Below the pieces are notes generated by a model that saw nothing but the letters and a program-made list of their open reading frames with translations, did no database searches and was not told the origin of the DNA. A stretch of DNA of 64,000 nucleotides, from positions 1,711-65,710 of the forward strand of contig JAEUQR010000136.1 of NCBI GenBank assembly GCA_016789705.1, in the 5' to 3' direction. The DNA comes from Acidobacteriota bacterium. GTDB taxonomy: Bacteria; Acidobacteriota; Vicinamibacteria; Vicinamibacterales; UBA2999. Positions 1-9,800 of this stretch are shown here, piece after piece. Numbering within the stretch: the stretch's first letter is position 1; each line of letters begins with the position of its first letter. The position numbers and the translations under genes were made by a program.

Positions 1-475
1 CGTTGGCGTTGGCCGGCGCCGGCATGTCGCTGATGACGACGTCGAGCGTGTGCGTCGCCAGCTGCGCCACGAGTGCCTCGGGCTGGCCTTCGTGGCACAT
101 CACGTGGATGGGCGTCTCGCCCTCGAGGACCGGCCGCAGCAGCCGGTAGACGATGAGTTTCGGCACCGCGTTGGCCACACCCACGCGCAGGCGCGGCGCC
201 CGTCCCGTCGGCCGGCCCTTCAGCGTTTCCTGCAGCTCACGGCCAAGGCCGAAGATCTCATCCGCATAGCGGAAGACGTGCCGGCCCACCTCGGTGACCG
301 CCACCTGACGCCCGCGCCGCTCGAGCAGCGTTTCGCCAAGGGCATGTTCGAACTGGCGCACCTGGGCGCTCACCGTGGGCTGGGCCAGGCGCAGGTGCGC
401 CGCGGCCTTCGAGATGCTGCCCTCACGGACGACCGTCCAGAAATAGAGGAGGTGGTGATAGTTCAGCCATTCCAT
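1..475 (-). CDS. LysR-family transcriptional regulator, NhaR-like (partial; C-terminus runs off the left edge)
   Basis: Reverse complement from ATG (comp. 473-475) reads MEWLNYHHLLYFWTVVREGSISKAAAHLRLAQPTVSAQVRQFEHALGETLLERRGRQV..., a canonical LysR winged-HTH N-terminus. It is absent from the ORF track because no stop codon lies inside the window. Confidence 0.8.
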   Translation of the reverse strand, partial: MEWLNYHHLLYFWTVVREGSISKAAAHLRLAQPTVSAQVRQFEHALGETLLERRGRQVAVTEVGRHVFRYADEIFGLGRELQETLKGRPTGRAPRLRVGVANAVPKLIVYRLLRPVLEGETPIHVMCHEGQPEALVAQLATHTLDVVISDMPAPANAN

Positions 476-490
476 GCCGTCATTATAGGT

Positions 491-503
491 TTTGCAGCGC
501 AAA
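491..503. promoter_or_regulatory. LysR-type T-N11-A palindrome (TTTGC-AGC-GCAAA) in the divergent lysR/terC intergenic region
   Basis: Perfect inverted repeat tttgcagcgcaaa sits in the A/T-rich 92-nt spacer between the divergent regulator (start 475) and terC (start 568). LysR regulators classically bind T-N11-A dyads in this position. Confidence 0.4.
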
Positions 504-567
504 TTGTGGCGAAGTTTCTATTTGTCTATGAGTATGCCTTCCCCTACGCTGGCAGGAGAGGCAACCC

Positions 568-1527
568 GTGGATCTCATCTTTCCGTTCGCCGAGTACTGG
601 TGGTTCTACGCCGGCTTCACCGTGTGTGTGCTGGCGCTCCTCGCCCTCGACCTGGGGGTCTTCCACCGCACCGCCCATGAAGTGTCGATGCGTGAATCGG
701 TCGTGTGGTCGGTCATCTGGGTGGTGCTGGCGCTCGCCTTCAACTATGCCTTCTACGCCTACGCGGTGACGAAGGCCGGTCCGGATGAGGGCGCACGACT
801 CGGTCTCGAGTTCCTGGCGGGCTACGTGGTCGAGAAGTCCCTCGCCGTCGACAACGTGTTCGTCTTCGTGATGGTGTTCGCGTACTTCGGCATTCCGCCT
901 GTCTACCAGCACCGGGTGCTCTTCTACGGCATCCTCGGCGCCCTGTTCTTCCGGGCCGTGTTCATCGCCCTCGGCGCCGTGCTGATGCAGTACCACTGGA
1001 TCGTCGTGACCTTCGGCGTGCTGCTGCTGCTCACCGGCGTCAAGATGCTGTGGGCGCCGGACCAGAAGGTGAGCCCCGACCGCAACCCCATCATCCGGTT
1101 GATGCGCCGGTTGATGCCCGTGACCCCCGACCTGCACGGGCAGCGCTTCGTCGTCACGCTCGACGGGCGCCGCCACGCCACGCCGCTCCTCGTCGCGCTG
1201 GTGTTCCTCGAGCTGAGCGACGTCATCTTCGCCATCGACTCGGTGCCGGCCATCTTCGCGCTGACGCGGGAACCCCTCATCGTCTTCACGTCGAACGTGT
1301 TCGCGATTCTCGGCCTGCGGGCGATGTACTTCCTGCTCGCCGGCGCCGTCCAGCGCTTCCGGCTGCTCAAGTACGCGCTGGCGCTCATCCTCATCTTCGT
1401 GGGCCTGAAGATGGTGTGGCTGAACGAGGCCTTCGGCGGCAAGTTCCCCATCGAGTGGTCGCTCGGCATCATCGGAGCGCTGCTCACCGGCGCGGTCGTG
1501 GCCTCGATATTCAGCGAGCGCAGGTGA
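568..1527 (+). CDS. TerC/Alx-family integral membrane protein
   Basis: 319 aa with a GTG start preceded by AGGAGAGG. The multi-TM sequence MDLIFPFAEYWWFYAGF...LEFLAGYVVEKSLAVDNVFVF...FLELSDVIFAIDSVPAIFA shows the duplicated TerC signature (E-x-SLS/AVDN... and DS-VPA). Confidence 0.85.
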   Translation: MDLIFPFAEYWWFYAGFTVCVLALLALDLGVFHRTAHEVSMRESVVWSVIWVVLALAFNYAFYAYAVTKAGPDEGARLGLEFLAGYVVEKSLAVDNVFVFVMVFAYFGIPPVYQHRVLFYGILGALFFRAVFIALGAVLMQYHWIVVTFGVLLLLTGVKMLWAPDQKVSPDRNPIIRLMRRLMPVTPDLHGQRFVVTLDGRRHATPLLVALVFLELSDVIFAIDSVPAIFALTREPLIVFTSNVFAILGLRAMYFLLAGAVQRFRLLKYALALILIFVGLKMVWLNEAFGGKFPIEWSLGIIGALLTGAVVASIFSERR

Positions 1528-1560
1528 GCCGGCGGCCGCCGACGCCGCTGTACGTGAATC

Positions 1561-1593
1561 GGGCGTCGCGTGGGGGCTTCCCACGCGACGCCC
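1561..1593. terminator. Strong GC hairpin between convergent terC and the TonB-dependent receptor (candidate bidirectional terminator)
   Basis: gggcgtcgcgtggg (1561-1574) pairs perfectly with cccacgcgacgccc (1580-1593) across a 5-nt loop, followed by gcgtcgttgtt. It lies between the stops at 1527 (+) and 1636 (-). Confidence 0.45.
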
Positions 1594-1635
1594 GCGTCGT
1601 TGTTCGGGGCAGGCGCTGACGCGCCTAACGAGCTG

Positions 1636-4600
1636 TTACCACTTGAGCTGCGCGCCGAACCGCACCACGCGCGGGTTCAGGATGCTGCTCACCTGGTTGT
1701 AGGCGGCGGTGCCGAAGTTCGTCGAACGCACGCCGAGCACCGGGTTGGCGTTCATCACGTTGAAGAGGTCCGCCTGCAGCTGCAGGCGACGGCCAGCGCC
1801 GATTTCGAACCACTTGGCCAGCGAGAAATCGAGCTGGTTGATGCGGTCGAGGAACTCGGTGCCCCAGGGCTTGAGCGGCAGCAGGAGCTGTGCTTCCGTC
1901 ATGCCCGGGATCACGAGCTCGCCCGGACGACAGGGGCCGGTGCAGTTGGCCGCGTAACGCGTCGTCGGCGTGACGAGCCAACGGGTGCCGATCGGGCTGC
2001 CCACGTCGCCATAGCCGGGGCCGGCGATGCGGTTGCGGTCGGCCGCCGCCGTACCCGAGTACCCGCCGAGCGAGCGGCCGTTGATGCTCTGGAACGACAT
2101 GCTGGCCTGGATGCCCCACTTGATGGGATACGTGCCGGCGAACTTGAACTGCTTCAGGAACGGGATGTCGTTCTCGCGGTCGTCGCAGAAGCGGAGGAAG
2201 TTCGGGTCGTCGGGCTCGTCGCAGGTCACGCGCAGCGTGCGCTCCATGGTGAAGCCGCCGAAGAGCGTGCCGCCGCCGGGGATGCGGGCGTTGAAGGTGA
2301 TGTCGCCGCCGTTGTAGATCTGCTTGCGGTCGGAGCCGGCGTTGGTGTCGAAGTCGTTGACGGCGCGGAGCTGCGCTGTGGTCGCGACCGTGTAGGCCTT
2401 GAACACCGTGCCGTCGAGCGGGCTCACGACGTCCACGCCACGGTAGTCGGCGGGCGTGCGCAGCAGGTTGTCGGTCACCGGCAGGTCGTAGAACTGGCGG
2501 CGGTAAAACGTGGCAGCAACCGACACACGCGGGAAGAGCTCGTGCTGGATGCCCGCCGTGTATTCCAGGTTGTAGGTGCGCTGGAAGTCTGGATCGACCG
2601 TGGCCAACGAGCGCGTGCCGAAGTTGGCGGGCAGGCCAGCGAAGTTGATCTCGCATCCGGCCGTGCCGAACGTGCAACCGCGTTCGCCCTGGGCGATGTC
2701 GTCGCCGTTGGCGTCGGTCCACGGCAGCGTCACCGAGGTGAGCGCCAGCGGGTTGTACTTCGTGGCGAACTGCGTCGTCCGCGACTCGTTGTAGCGGTTG
2801 AAGCCGGCCTTGATCGCCGTCTTCGAGTTGCCGAACAGGTCGTAGACGATACCGAAGCGCGGCGCGAAGTCCTTCCAGGTGGGCATGGCGATGGCGTCCA
2901 CCGTGCGCTCGCCGACGAAGCGGCCGTTGCCCGAGAACTGGTCGGCCACTTCGTGGGCCAGGTATTCCCAGCGCAGGCCGCTGTTGATGGTCAGCCGGTT
3001 CAGCGACCACGAGTCCTGTAGGAAGATGCCGATGTCGGCCTTGAGCCGCTCTTCGTAGCGCAGCGGCGTGTTGTAGACCGTGACCGAGACGGGGTTCGTG
3101 AAAGGCGCGGCGGCCGTGCCCGCGTAGACCTGCTGCAGGTCGGCATTGGTTTCTCGCGTGTTCACGTATGGTCCCCAGTTGTACTGGATACCGCCCTTGA
3201 TGTTGTGCGAGCCCGTGATGTAGCTGAGCGCACCCATCATGTTAAAGCGGTCTGGATATCGGCCGCCCCAGTTCGCCAGACCGTTCGTCAGCGCGGCGTT
3301 GTTCTGATCGCGTCTGCTTGCGTTGGCGTACCACTCGGGCGAGAACGGCACCTTATTTACGCCGTCCTGGTTGGTGATCACGTACTGCTCGTAGTTGAAC
3401 GAATAGCCGGCCTCGGCGAGCAGCTGGTTGCTGAGCGTGCCCGTGTACTTCGCCGCGGCCGAGTTGTACTTCGGCGACGTCCAGATCTGCGACGCCGTGT
3501 AGTAGTCGTCACCCGAGTTCATGCCATGACCGCGGGCCTTGTTGATCTCGTCGTAGTAGACCGAGAACTTGTGCTTTGGCGAAATCTGCCAGGTGAGACG
3601 CAGCAACGCGCTCTCGATGCTCTGGTCGTCAATGCCTGTTTCGCAGTCAAGTGCGCCGGTGCGGCAGCCCGCGATGCCGTTCTTGTATGACGTACCGCTC
3701 GGCACAACAAAGACGTCCTGCACCGGGGCATTCACCGACCACATGCGGCCGGAGGTGAAGAACCACAGCCTGTCCTTCTTGATCGGCCCCCCGACGGCGA
3801 GGTTGAAGTCATAGATGCGGTCGACACCGCCACCGGTTCGTAGCCCTCTCGCGATGATGTCATCGGTCAGGTTGTCGCTCTGGAACGCCTTGTCGTTCCA
3901 CGAACCGAAGAACGCCCCTGAGAAGCGGTTGCCGCCGTCCTTCGGGACGATGTTCATACGCACGCCGCCGGGCGACACATCAGCACCAGCGCCGCTGGTC
4001 TGATACGACATCTCTTCCATCATCGCCTGGTTGAAGTACTGCTGCACCGCGCCGTCGCCGTCGAGGCCGTTCACCATGAGGCCGTCGACCGTCACGATGT
4101 TGTTGGCCGAGGTGAGGCCGCGGGTGGACATGTAGCTCTGCTGCATGGCGCGCGAACCGCCCACGTCGGGTACGTTCAGCGAGACGCCGCTCACGAGCTG
4201 CGCCAGCGCCTGGATCGAGCGGCCGGTCGGCACCTGTTCGAGGATCTCCGCCGTCATGACCTCGACCTTTGCGTTGCTCGAGACGTCAACGGTGGGCGAG
4301 GCGCCGGTCACCGTGATGGCTTCTTCGAGGGCGCCCACTTCGAGGGTCGCATTGAGGGTGCCCGTGAAGTCCACACGCAACTCCACTTTTTCCTGGCGCG
4401 TGGTCTTGAAGCCGGGCAGGGTGAACGTCACCGTGTAGGTGCCGGGCCGCAGGTCGACGATGCGGTACTGGCCGTTCGCGTCCGTGATGTCAGTCTTGCT
4501 GCCTTCGATGAGGACTGGGCTGGCGGCCTCGACCGTCACGCCCGGCAACACCGCGCCACTCGTGTCCTTGACCACCCCGGTGAACGAACTCTGCGCGAAC

Positions 4601-4665
4601 GCGACGGCCGGCAGGGCCAACGCGAACGCGACACCTGCGAAGAACGCCTTCAGACGCCTTGCCAT
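1636..4665 (-). CDS. TonB-dependent outer-membrane receptor with N-terminal carboxypeptidase-regulatory-like domain
   Basis: I start the gene at internal Met 61 of the track ORF: MARRLKAFFAGVAFALALPAVAFAQ is a signal peptide and GGAG lies upstream. FTGVVKDTSGAVLPGVTVEA...NGQYRIVDLRPGTYTV is a CarboxypepD_reg fold. A plug and long beta-barrel follow, ending in the aromatic C-terminus ...RFGAQLKW. Confidence 0.9.
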   Translation of the reverse strand: MARRLKAFFAGVAFALALPAVAFAQSSFTGVVKDTSGAVLPGVTVEAASPVLIEGSKTDITDANGQYRIVDLRPGTYTVTFTLPGFKTTRQEKVELRVDFTGTLNATLEVGALEEAITVTGASPTVDVSSNAKVEVMTAEILEQVPTGRSIQALAQLVSGVSLNVPDVGGSRAMQQSYMSTRGLTSANNIVTVDGLMVNGLDGDGAVQQYFNQAMMEEMSYQTSGAGADVSPGGVRMNIVPKDGGNRFSGAFFGSWNDKAFQSDNLTDDIIARGLRTGGGVDRIYDFNLAVGGPIKKDRLWFFTSGRMWSVNAPVQDVFVVPSGTSYKNGIAGCRTGALDCETGIDDQSIESALLRLTWQISPKHKFSVYYDEINKARGHGMNSGDDYYTASQIWTSPKYNSAAAKYTGTLSNQLLAEAGYSFNYEQYVITNQDGVNKVPFSPEWYANASRRDQNNAALTNGLANWGGRYPDRFNMMGALSYITGSHNIKGGIQYNWGPYVNTRETNADLQQVYAGTAAAPFTNPVSVTVYNTPLRYEERLKADIGIFLQDSWSLNRLTINSGLRWEYLAHEVADQFSGNGRFVGERTVDAIAMPTWKDFAPRFGIVYDLFGNSKTAIKAGFNRYNESRTTQFATKYNPLALTSVTLPWTDANGDDIAQGERGCTFGTAGCEINFAGLPANFGTRSLATVDPDFQRTYNLEYTAGIQHELFPRVSVAATFYRRQFYDLPVTDNLLRTPADYRGVDVVSPLDGTVFKAYTVATTAQLRAVNDFDTNAGSDRKQIYNGGDITFNARIPGGGTLFGGFTMERTLRVTCDEPDDPNFLRFCDDRENDIPFLKQFKFAGTYPIKWGIQASMSFQSINGRSLGGYSGTAAADRNRIAGPGYGDVGSPIGTRWLVTPTTRYAANCTGPCRPGELVIPGMTEAQLLLPLKPWGTEFLDRINQLDFSLAKWFEIGAGRRLQLQADLFNVMNANPVLGVRSTNFGTAAYNQVSSILNPRVVRFGAQLKW

Positions 4666-4805
4666 GCCACACTCCTTGAGACGAGTCGCTCGGTGGGGAG
4701 CCGCAGGACAGCGGACTCCACCCTGAATGCCGTACGTGCTGTCCGCCATCGGCACCGCGGGTGGCGCGAACCCCAGGGTCCCAGAAGAGCCGATCAAGCC
4801 GTGCC

Positions 4806-4834
4806 TATTTATCACGAGATGTCTTGGCGTGCAA
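4806..4834 (-). promoter_or_regulatory. Candidate sigma70-type promoter for the TonB-dependent receptor (TTGCAC-17 nt-TAAATA)
   Basis: The minus strand reads TTGCAC (comp. 4829-4834), a 17-nt spacer, then TAAATA (comp. 4806-4811). This implies a 5' UTR of about 135 nt before the ATG at 4665. Confidence 0.35.
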
Positions 4835-5013
4835 GGATTCGCCACCTACGGATGTGCCGCCTCAGGTGACGAACTGGCGGGCCCAGCGGTGGGAGTTGCG
4901 GGGGAAATCGATCTAACGATGACGGTTCGACGGGCGTCCCTGGCCGGGGTTGGCCGCGGCGCCCGTCGCACAGGGGATGGCGCCGGCTTCGCCGGCTGCG
5001 CCCGCGAGACGCG

Positions 5014-5328
5014 CTAGCGGCTGCGGGCGGGCGCCGAGGCCGCGGCGTCGGCCGCCCGGCTCTCCACCAGTTCCTGCTCGGCCCGCAGCCAGTCAGCAGC
5101 CGGGTCGGGCGACGGACCGCCGCGTTCGAGTGACAGGTAATAGGCGCGCACGCGGATTTCTTCTTCGGTGGGCGGCGCGATCGTGAGGCCCGCGGGCACC
5201 TCCGTGCCGACGCGCCCGGCGCGGCGTGGCGCGCCGGGCCGCCGCGTTTTCGGGGCGGCCGGGGCGGCCTGGACTTCGGGGGCGGGAGCGGGGGTGGTGC
5301 GGGGGCGGGTGGTCTTTCGTGTTGCCAT
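5014..5328 (-). CDS. DUF2934 domain-containing small protein
   Basis: Starting at the internal Met (MATRKTT...), the protein has a basic Pro/Ala-rich N-terminus followed by EEEIRVRAYYLSLERGGPSPDPAADWLRAEQEL, the DUF2934 signature. Confidence 0.7.
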   Translation of the reverse strand: MATRKTTRPRTTPAPAPEVQAAPAAPKTRRPGAPRRAGRVGTEVPAGLTIAPPTEEEIRVRAYYLSLERGGPSPDPAADWLRAEQELVESRAADAAASAPARSR

Positions 5329-5433
5329 GACTGCGTGTTCGTCCTTCTTCGTCGGGGGCCAGCGGTCGTGGTGGCGGTTGCCACCGAGCATAGACCGGGG
5401 ATGTGACGCCGCCGTGAATCCGACGGCGCGGCG

Positions 5434-6855
5434 CTACCCCTGAGACACGTATCGGTCGATGGCGGCCGCGGCTTGCCGGCCGTCGGCGATGGCCCAGACG
5501 ATGAGCGACTGGCCGCGTTGGAGATCCCCGGCGGCGAACACCCCGGGCTCGCTCGTCTGCCAGCCCTCGTCGCGCCAGACGGTGCCGCGGTCGGTCATCC
5601 TGACGCCCAGCTCCTCGATGAGCTGGCTCCTCTCGGGGCCGGTGAACCCCATGGCGAGCAGCACGAGGTCGGCGGGCACGTCGAACTCCGACGCCGGCAC
5701 GGCGGTGCAGGTCGCGTGGCCGCCGCTCGCGCTCGCCACGACACGGTGGCCGTGCAGCCGGTGGACGCGACCGTCGGGATCGCCCGAGAAGTGCGTGGTC
5801 GCCACGGCGTACTGGCGCTCGCCGCCTTCTTCGTGGGCCGACGACGTGCGGAAGACGTGCGGCCAGAGCGGCCACGGGTTGTCGGCCGCGCGATCGGCCG
5901 GCGGCTGCGGCATGAGCTCGAACTGTGACACCGAGCGCGCTCCCTGCCGGTGCGCGGTGCCGAGGCAGTCGGCGCCGGTGTCGCCGCCGCCGATGATGAC
6001 CACGTGTTTGTCGCGCGCGCTGATCGCGGCCGTGCCGAGGTCGTCGCCCTCGCAGGCGCGGTTCTGCGCGGTGAGGTACTCCATGGCGAAGTGCACGCCG
6101 TGGAGGCCACGCCCGGGCACGGCGAGATCGCGCGGCTGGCCGGCGCCGCCCGCCAGCAGCACCGCGTCGAAGTCGCGGCGCAGGTCTGCCACTGCCACGT
6201 CCACACCCACGTGCATGCCCGGGCGGAAGACCACGCCCTCGGCCTCGAGCAGGTCGAGCCGCCGCTCGAGCACGCGCTTCTCGAGCTTGAACTCGGGAAT
6301 GCCGTAACGCAGCAGGCCGCCGATGCGATCGGCCTTCTCGAACACCGTCACGGTGTGGCCGGCGCGGTTCAGTTCGGCCGCGGCGGCGAGTCCGGCCGGC
6401 CCCGAGCCGATGACCGCGACCTTCTTCCACGTGCGGATGACGGGAGGCTCCGGCACGATCCAGCCCTCCTCGAAGGCGCGGTCGACGATGGCGAGTTCGA
6501 TCGACTTGATCGTGACGGCATCGCGATTGAGCCCGAGCACGCAGGCGCCCTCACACGGCGCCGGGCACAGCAGTCCCGTGAACTCCGGGAAGTTGTTCGT
6601 CGCGTGCAGGCGGTCGATGGCGGCGCGCCAGGCGCCGCGATAGACCAGGTCGTTCCATTCCGGAATCTGATTGCCGAGCGGGCAGCCCTGATGGCAGAAC
6701 GGCACGCCGCAGTCCATGCAGCGCGCGCTCTGCCGCGTCAGCTCGTCGGCGGCGAACGGCAGCTGGACGTGGCGGAAGTCGCTGACCCGCTCGGCCACCG
6801 GCCGCGAGGGCGACTTGAGGCGGGCGAACTCGATGAATCCCGTGGCCTTGCCCAT
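5434..6855 (-). CDS. gltD: Glutamate synthase (NADPH) small subunit
   Basis: 473 aa, MGKATGFIEFAR..., with an N-terminal Fe-S Cys cluster (CMDCGVPFCHQGCPLGN), a Rossmann motif VAVIGSGPAGLAAA and a second dinucleotide fold VIIGGGDTGADC. It begins 1 nt after the gltB stop. Confidence 0.95.
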   Translation of the reverse strand: MGKATGFIEFARLKSPSRPVAERVSDFRHVQLPFAADELTRQSARCMDCGVPFCHQGCPLGNQIPEWNDLVYRGAWRAAIDRLHATNNFPEFTGLLCPAPCEGACVLGLNRDAVTIKSIELAIVDRAFEEGWIVPEPPVIRTWKKVAVIGSGPAGLAAAAELNRAGHTVTVFEKADRIGGLLRYGIPEFKLEKRVLERRLDLLEAEGVVFRPGMHVGVDVAVADLRRDFDAVLLAGGAGQPRDLAVPGRGLHGVHFAMEYLTAQNRACEGDDLGTAAISARDKHVVIIGGGDTGADCLGTAHRQGARSVSQFELMPQPPADRAADNPWPLWPHVFRTSSAHEEGGERQYAVATTHFSGDPDGRVHRLHGHRVVASASGGHATCTAVPASEFDVPADLVLLAMGFTGPERSQLIEELGVRMTDRGTVWRDEGWQTSEPGVFAAGDLQRGQSLIVWAIADGRQAAAAIDRYVSQG

Positions 6856-6856
6856 C

Positions 6857-9800
6857 TCACGCCCCCACCAGGTTGTCTTCGGACAGCCGCGCCGCCCGGC
6901 GTGCCGCCGCGGTGTTGCGCACGCGCTTGAAATCGCGCGGCGTCACCACGACGAACTGCTGCACGGCGTCGTCCCATCGGTCCAGCACACGCGCGCCGAG
7001 GGCGCTGCCCGTGAGCACGACGTGGCGGGCGACGAGCTCGTGCACGAGCGTCAGCTCGTCGTCATCCACGAACGGATCGAGATCCACCATGCCGGTGTTG
7101 CAGCGCCGCGGGAAGGTGCCGTCGGGGTCGAAGACGAAGGCCAGGCCGCCGCTCATGCCGGCGCCGAAGTTGCGGCCGGTGGCGCCGAGCACGACCACGC
7201 GGCCACCGGTCATGTACTCGCACGCGTGGTCGCCCACACCTTCCACCACGGCGCGCGCGCCGCTGTTGCGCACGGCGAAGCGCTCGCCGGCGACGCCGCC
7301 GAAGAACGCGTCGCCGCTCGTGGCGCCGTAGAGGGCGACGTTGCCGATGATGACGTTGTCTTCGGCGGCGAAGGTCGCCGCGGACGGCGGCCGCACGACG
7401 ATCCGTCCACCGGACAGACCCTTGCCCACGAAGTCGTTGGCGTCGCCTTCGAGCGTGAGTGAGATGCCTCGCGGCAGGAACGCGCCGAGACTCTGGCCGG
7501 CCGCGCCGCTGAGGGTCACGCGGATGGTGTCGGCCGGCAGGCCGGTGCCGCCGAAGCGCTTCGTGACCTCGTACCCGAGCAGCGTGCCGATGGTGCGGTC
7601 GATGTTGCGCACGGCCGCCGCGATCTCCACCGGTTCCTGTCGCTCGAGGGCCGGCGCCGCCCGGGCGATGAGCGTGCGATCGAGCACGGTGTCGAGAACA
7701 GCGTCCTGCGGCACGAGCCGCCGCCTGGCGGCGCTGGCCGGCAGGTCGGGCTGGTAGAGCAGTGGGCCCAGATCGAGGCCGCGCGCCTTCCAGTGCTGCA
7801 CGGCCGGCTCGACGTCGAGGCAGTCCACGCGGCCCACCATCTCGTCGATCGTGCGGAAGCCGAGCCCGGCCATGTGCTCGCGCACCTCGTCGGCGAGGAA
7901 GCGGAAGAACGTTTCGACCACCTCCGGCGTGCCGGTGAATGCCTTGCGCAGTTCCGGATCCTGCGTGGCGATGCCGACCGGGCACGTGTTGAGGTGGCAG
8001 ACGCGCATCATCACACAGCCCATGACGACGAGCGGCGCGGTGGCGAAGCCGAACTCCTCGGCGCCGAGGAGCGCCGCGATGACGACGTCGCGCCCGGTCT
8101 TCATCTGGCCATCCACCTGCACCACGATGCGATCGCGCAGCCCGTTCAGGCGCAGCACCTGCTGGGTTTCGGCGAGCCCGATTTCCCACGGCACGCCGGC
8201 GTGCTTGAGGCTCGTGAGCGGCGAGGCGCCGGTGCCGCCGTCGTGGCCGGAGATGAGCACGACGTCGGCGTGCGCCTTCGACACGCCAGCCGCCACGGTG
8301 CCGACGCCGGATTCGGCGACGAGCTTCACGTGCACGCGGGCCACCGGGTTGGCGTTCTTGAGGTCGAAGATGAGCTGCGCCAGGTCTTCGATCGAATAGA
8401 TGTCGTGGTGCGGCGGCGGCGAGATGAGGCCGACGCCGGGCATCGAGTGCCGCACCTTCGCGATCCACGGATAGACCTTGTGGCCCGGCAGCTGTCCGCC
8501 CTCGCCGGGCTTGGCGCCCTGCGCCATCTTGATCTGCAGGTCGTCGGCGTTCACGAGGTACTCGCTCGTCACGCCGAAGCGGCCGGACGCCACCTGCTTG
8601 ATGGCGCTGCGCCGCGAGTCGCCATTGGCGTCGGGCACGTAGCGCGCCGGGTCTTCGCCGCCTTCGCCGGTGTTCGACTTGCCCCCCAGGCGGTTCATGG
8701 CGATGGCGAGCGTCTCGTGCGCCTCCTGGCTGATCGAGCCGAACGACATGGCGCCGGACGAGAAGCGCTTCAGAATGGCCTCGGCCGGCTCGACCTCGTC
8801 GAGCGGCACCGGCGGGCCGACCGGCTTCAGCGTGAAGAGGCCGCGCAGGGTCGCCCGCCGTTCGCTCTGGTCGTCGACGAGGCGGGTGTAGTCCTTGTAG
8901 ATCTCGTAGCGCTTCGTCCGTGTCGCATGCTGCAGGCGGAAGACGGTGTCGGGGTTGAAGAGGTGGTACTCGCCGTCGCGGCGCCACTGGTACTCGCCGC
9001 CGCTTTCAAGCTCCGCTGTCGCCGGACGCCTTCTTCCGAAGGCGCGGGCGTGCCGCCGCCGCACTTCCTCGGCGATGGTGTCGAGACCAACGCCGCCGAG
9101 CCGCGACGGCGTCGACGTGAAGTAGGTGTCGACGAAGGCATTGTCGAGACCGACCGCCTCGAAGATCTGCGCGCCGCAGTAACTCTGCAGCGTCGAAATA
9201 CCCATCTTCGACATCACTTTCAGCACGCCCTTGTTGAGCGCCTTCACGTAGCCGCTCACGGCCTGCTCGTGCGTGACGCCGGCCAGGAGCCCCTGTCGGA
9301 TCATGTCGTGCAGCGTCTCGAAGGCCAGGTACGGATTCACCGCGCCGGCGCCGTAGCCCATGAGCAGGGCGACGTGGTGCACCTCGCGCGCATCGCCGCT
9401 CTCGACGAGCAGGCCGCACTTCGTGCGCGCGCCTTCGCGCACCAGCTGGTGGTGGACGCCGGCCGTCGCGAGCAGGCTCGGAATCGGCGCGTGGGTGGCG
9501 TCGACGCCGCGGTCTGACAGGATGATGATGCCGTAGCCGGCGGCCACGGCCTGACTCGCCTTGCGGCAGAGTTCCGCCATCGCGCGCGCCAGTCCGGCGC
9601 CGCCTTCGGCCGGGTCGTACAGAATCGGCAGCGTCGTCGAGCGGAACGGCGACCCGGTCGGCAGGTGCCGCAGCTTCGCCACCTGATCGTTGTGGAGAAT
9701 CGGGTACTCGATCGCGATCTGCCGGCAGGCCTCGGGCGCCGGTTCGAGCAGGTTGCCCTCCGGGCCGATGGTCGAGGCCATCGTCGTGATGATCTCTTCG

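Noticed and set aside
476-567. A possible yybP-ykoY (Mn2+) riboswitch, which often precedes TerC/Alx genes
   Set aside because: The spacer is only 92 nt. It lacks the conserved GGGGAGUAG-type core and the four-helix arrangement. The LysR-type dyad is the better explanation. An Infernal scan would settle the question.
4666-4800. A cobalamin riboswitch upstream of the TonB-dependent receptor
   Set aside because: I could find no B12-box (AGxCAGGAxGACCUGCC-like) and no GGGAA/GCCACUG core by eye. Only generic GC-rich stems are present.
4666-4845. A 60-codon N-terminal extension of the TonB-dependent receptor (MANPCTPRHL...)
   Set aside because: The extension has no signal peptide. The internal Met at 4665 is followed at once by a classic signal peptide and is preceded by GGAG. 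I therefore treat the region as 5' UTR.
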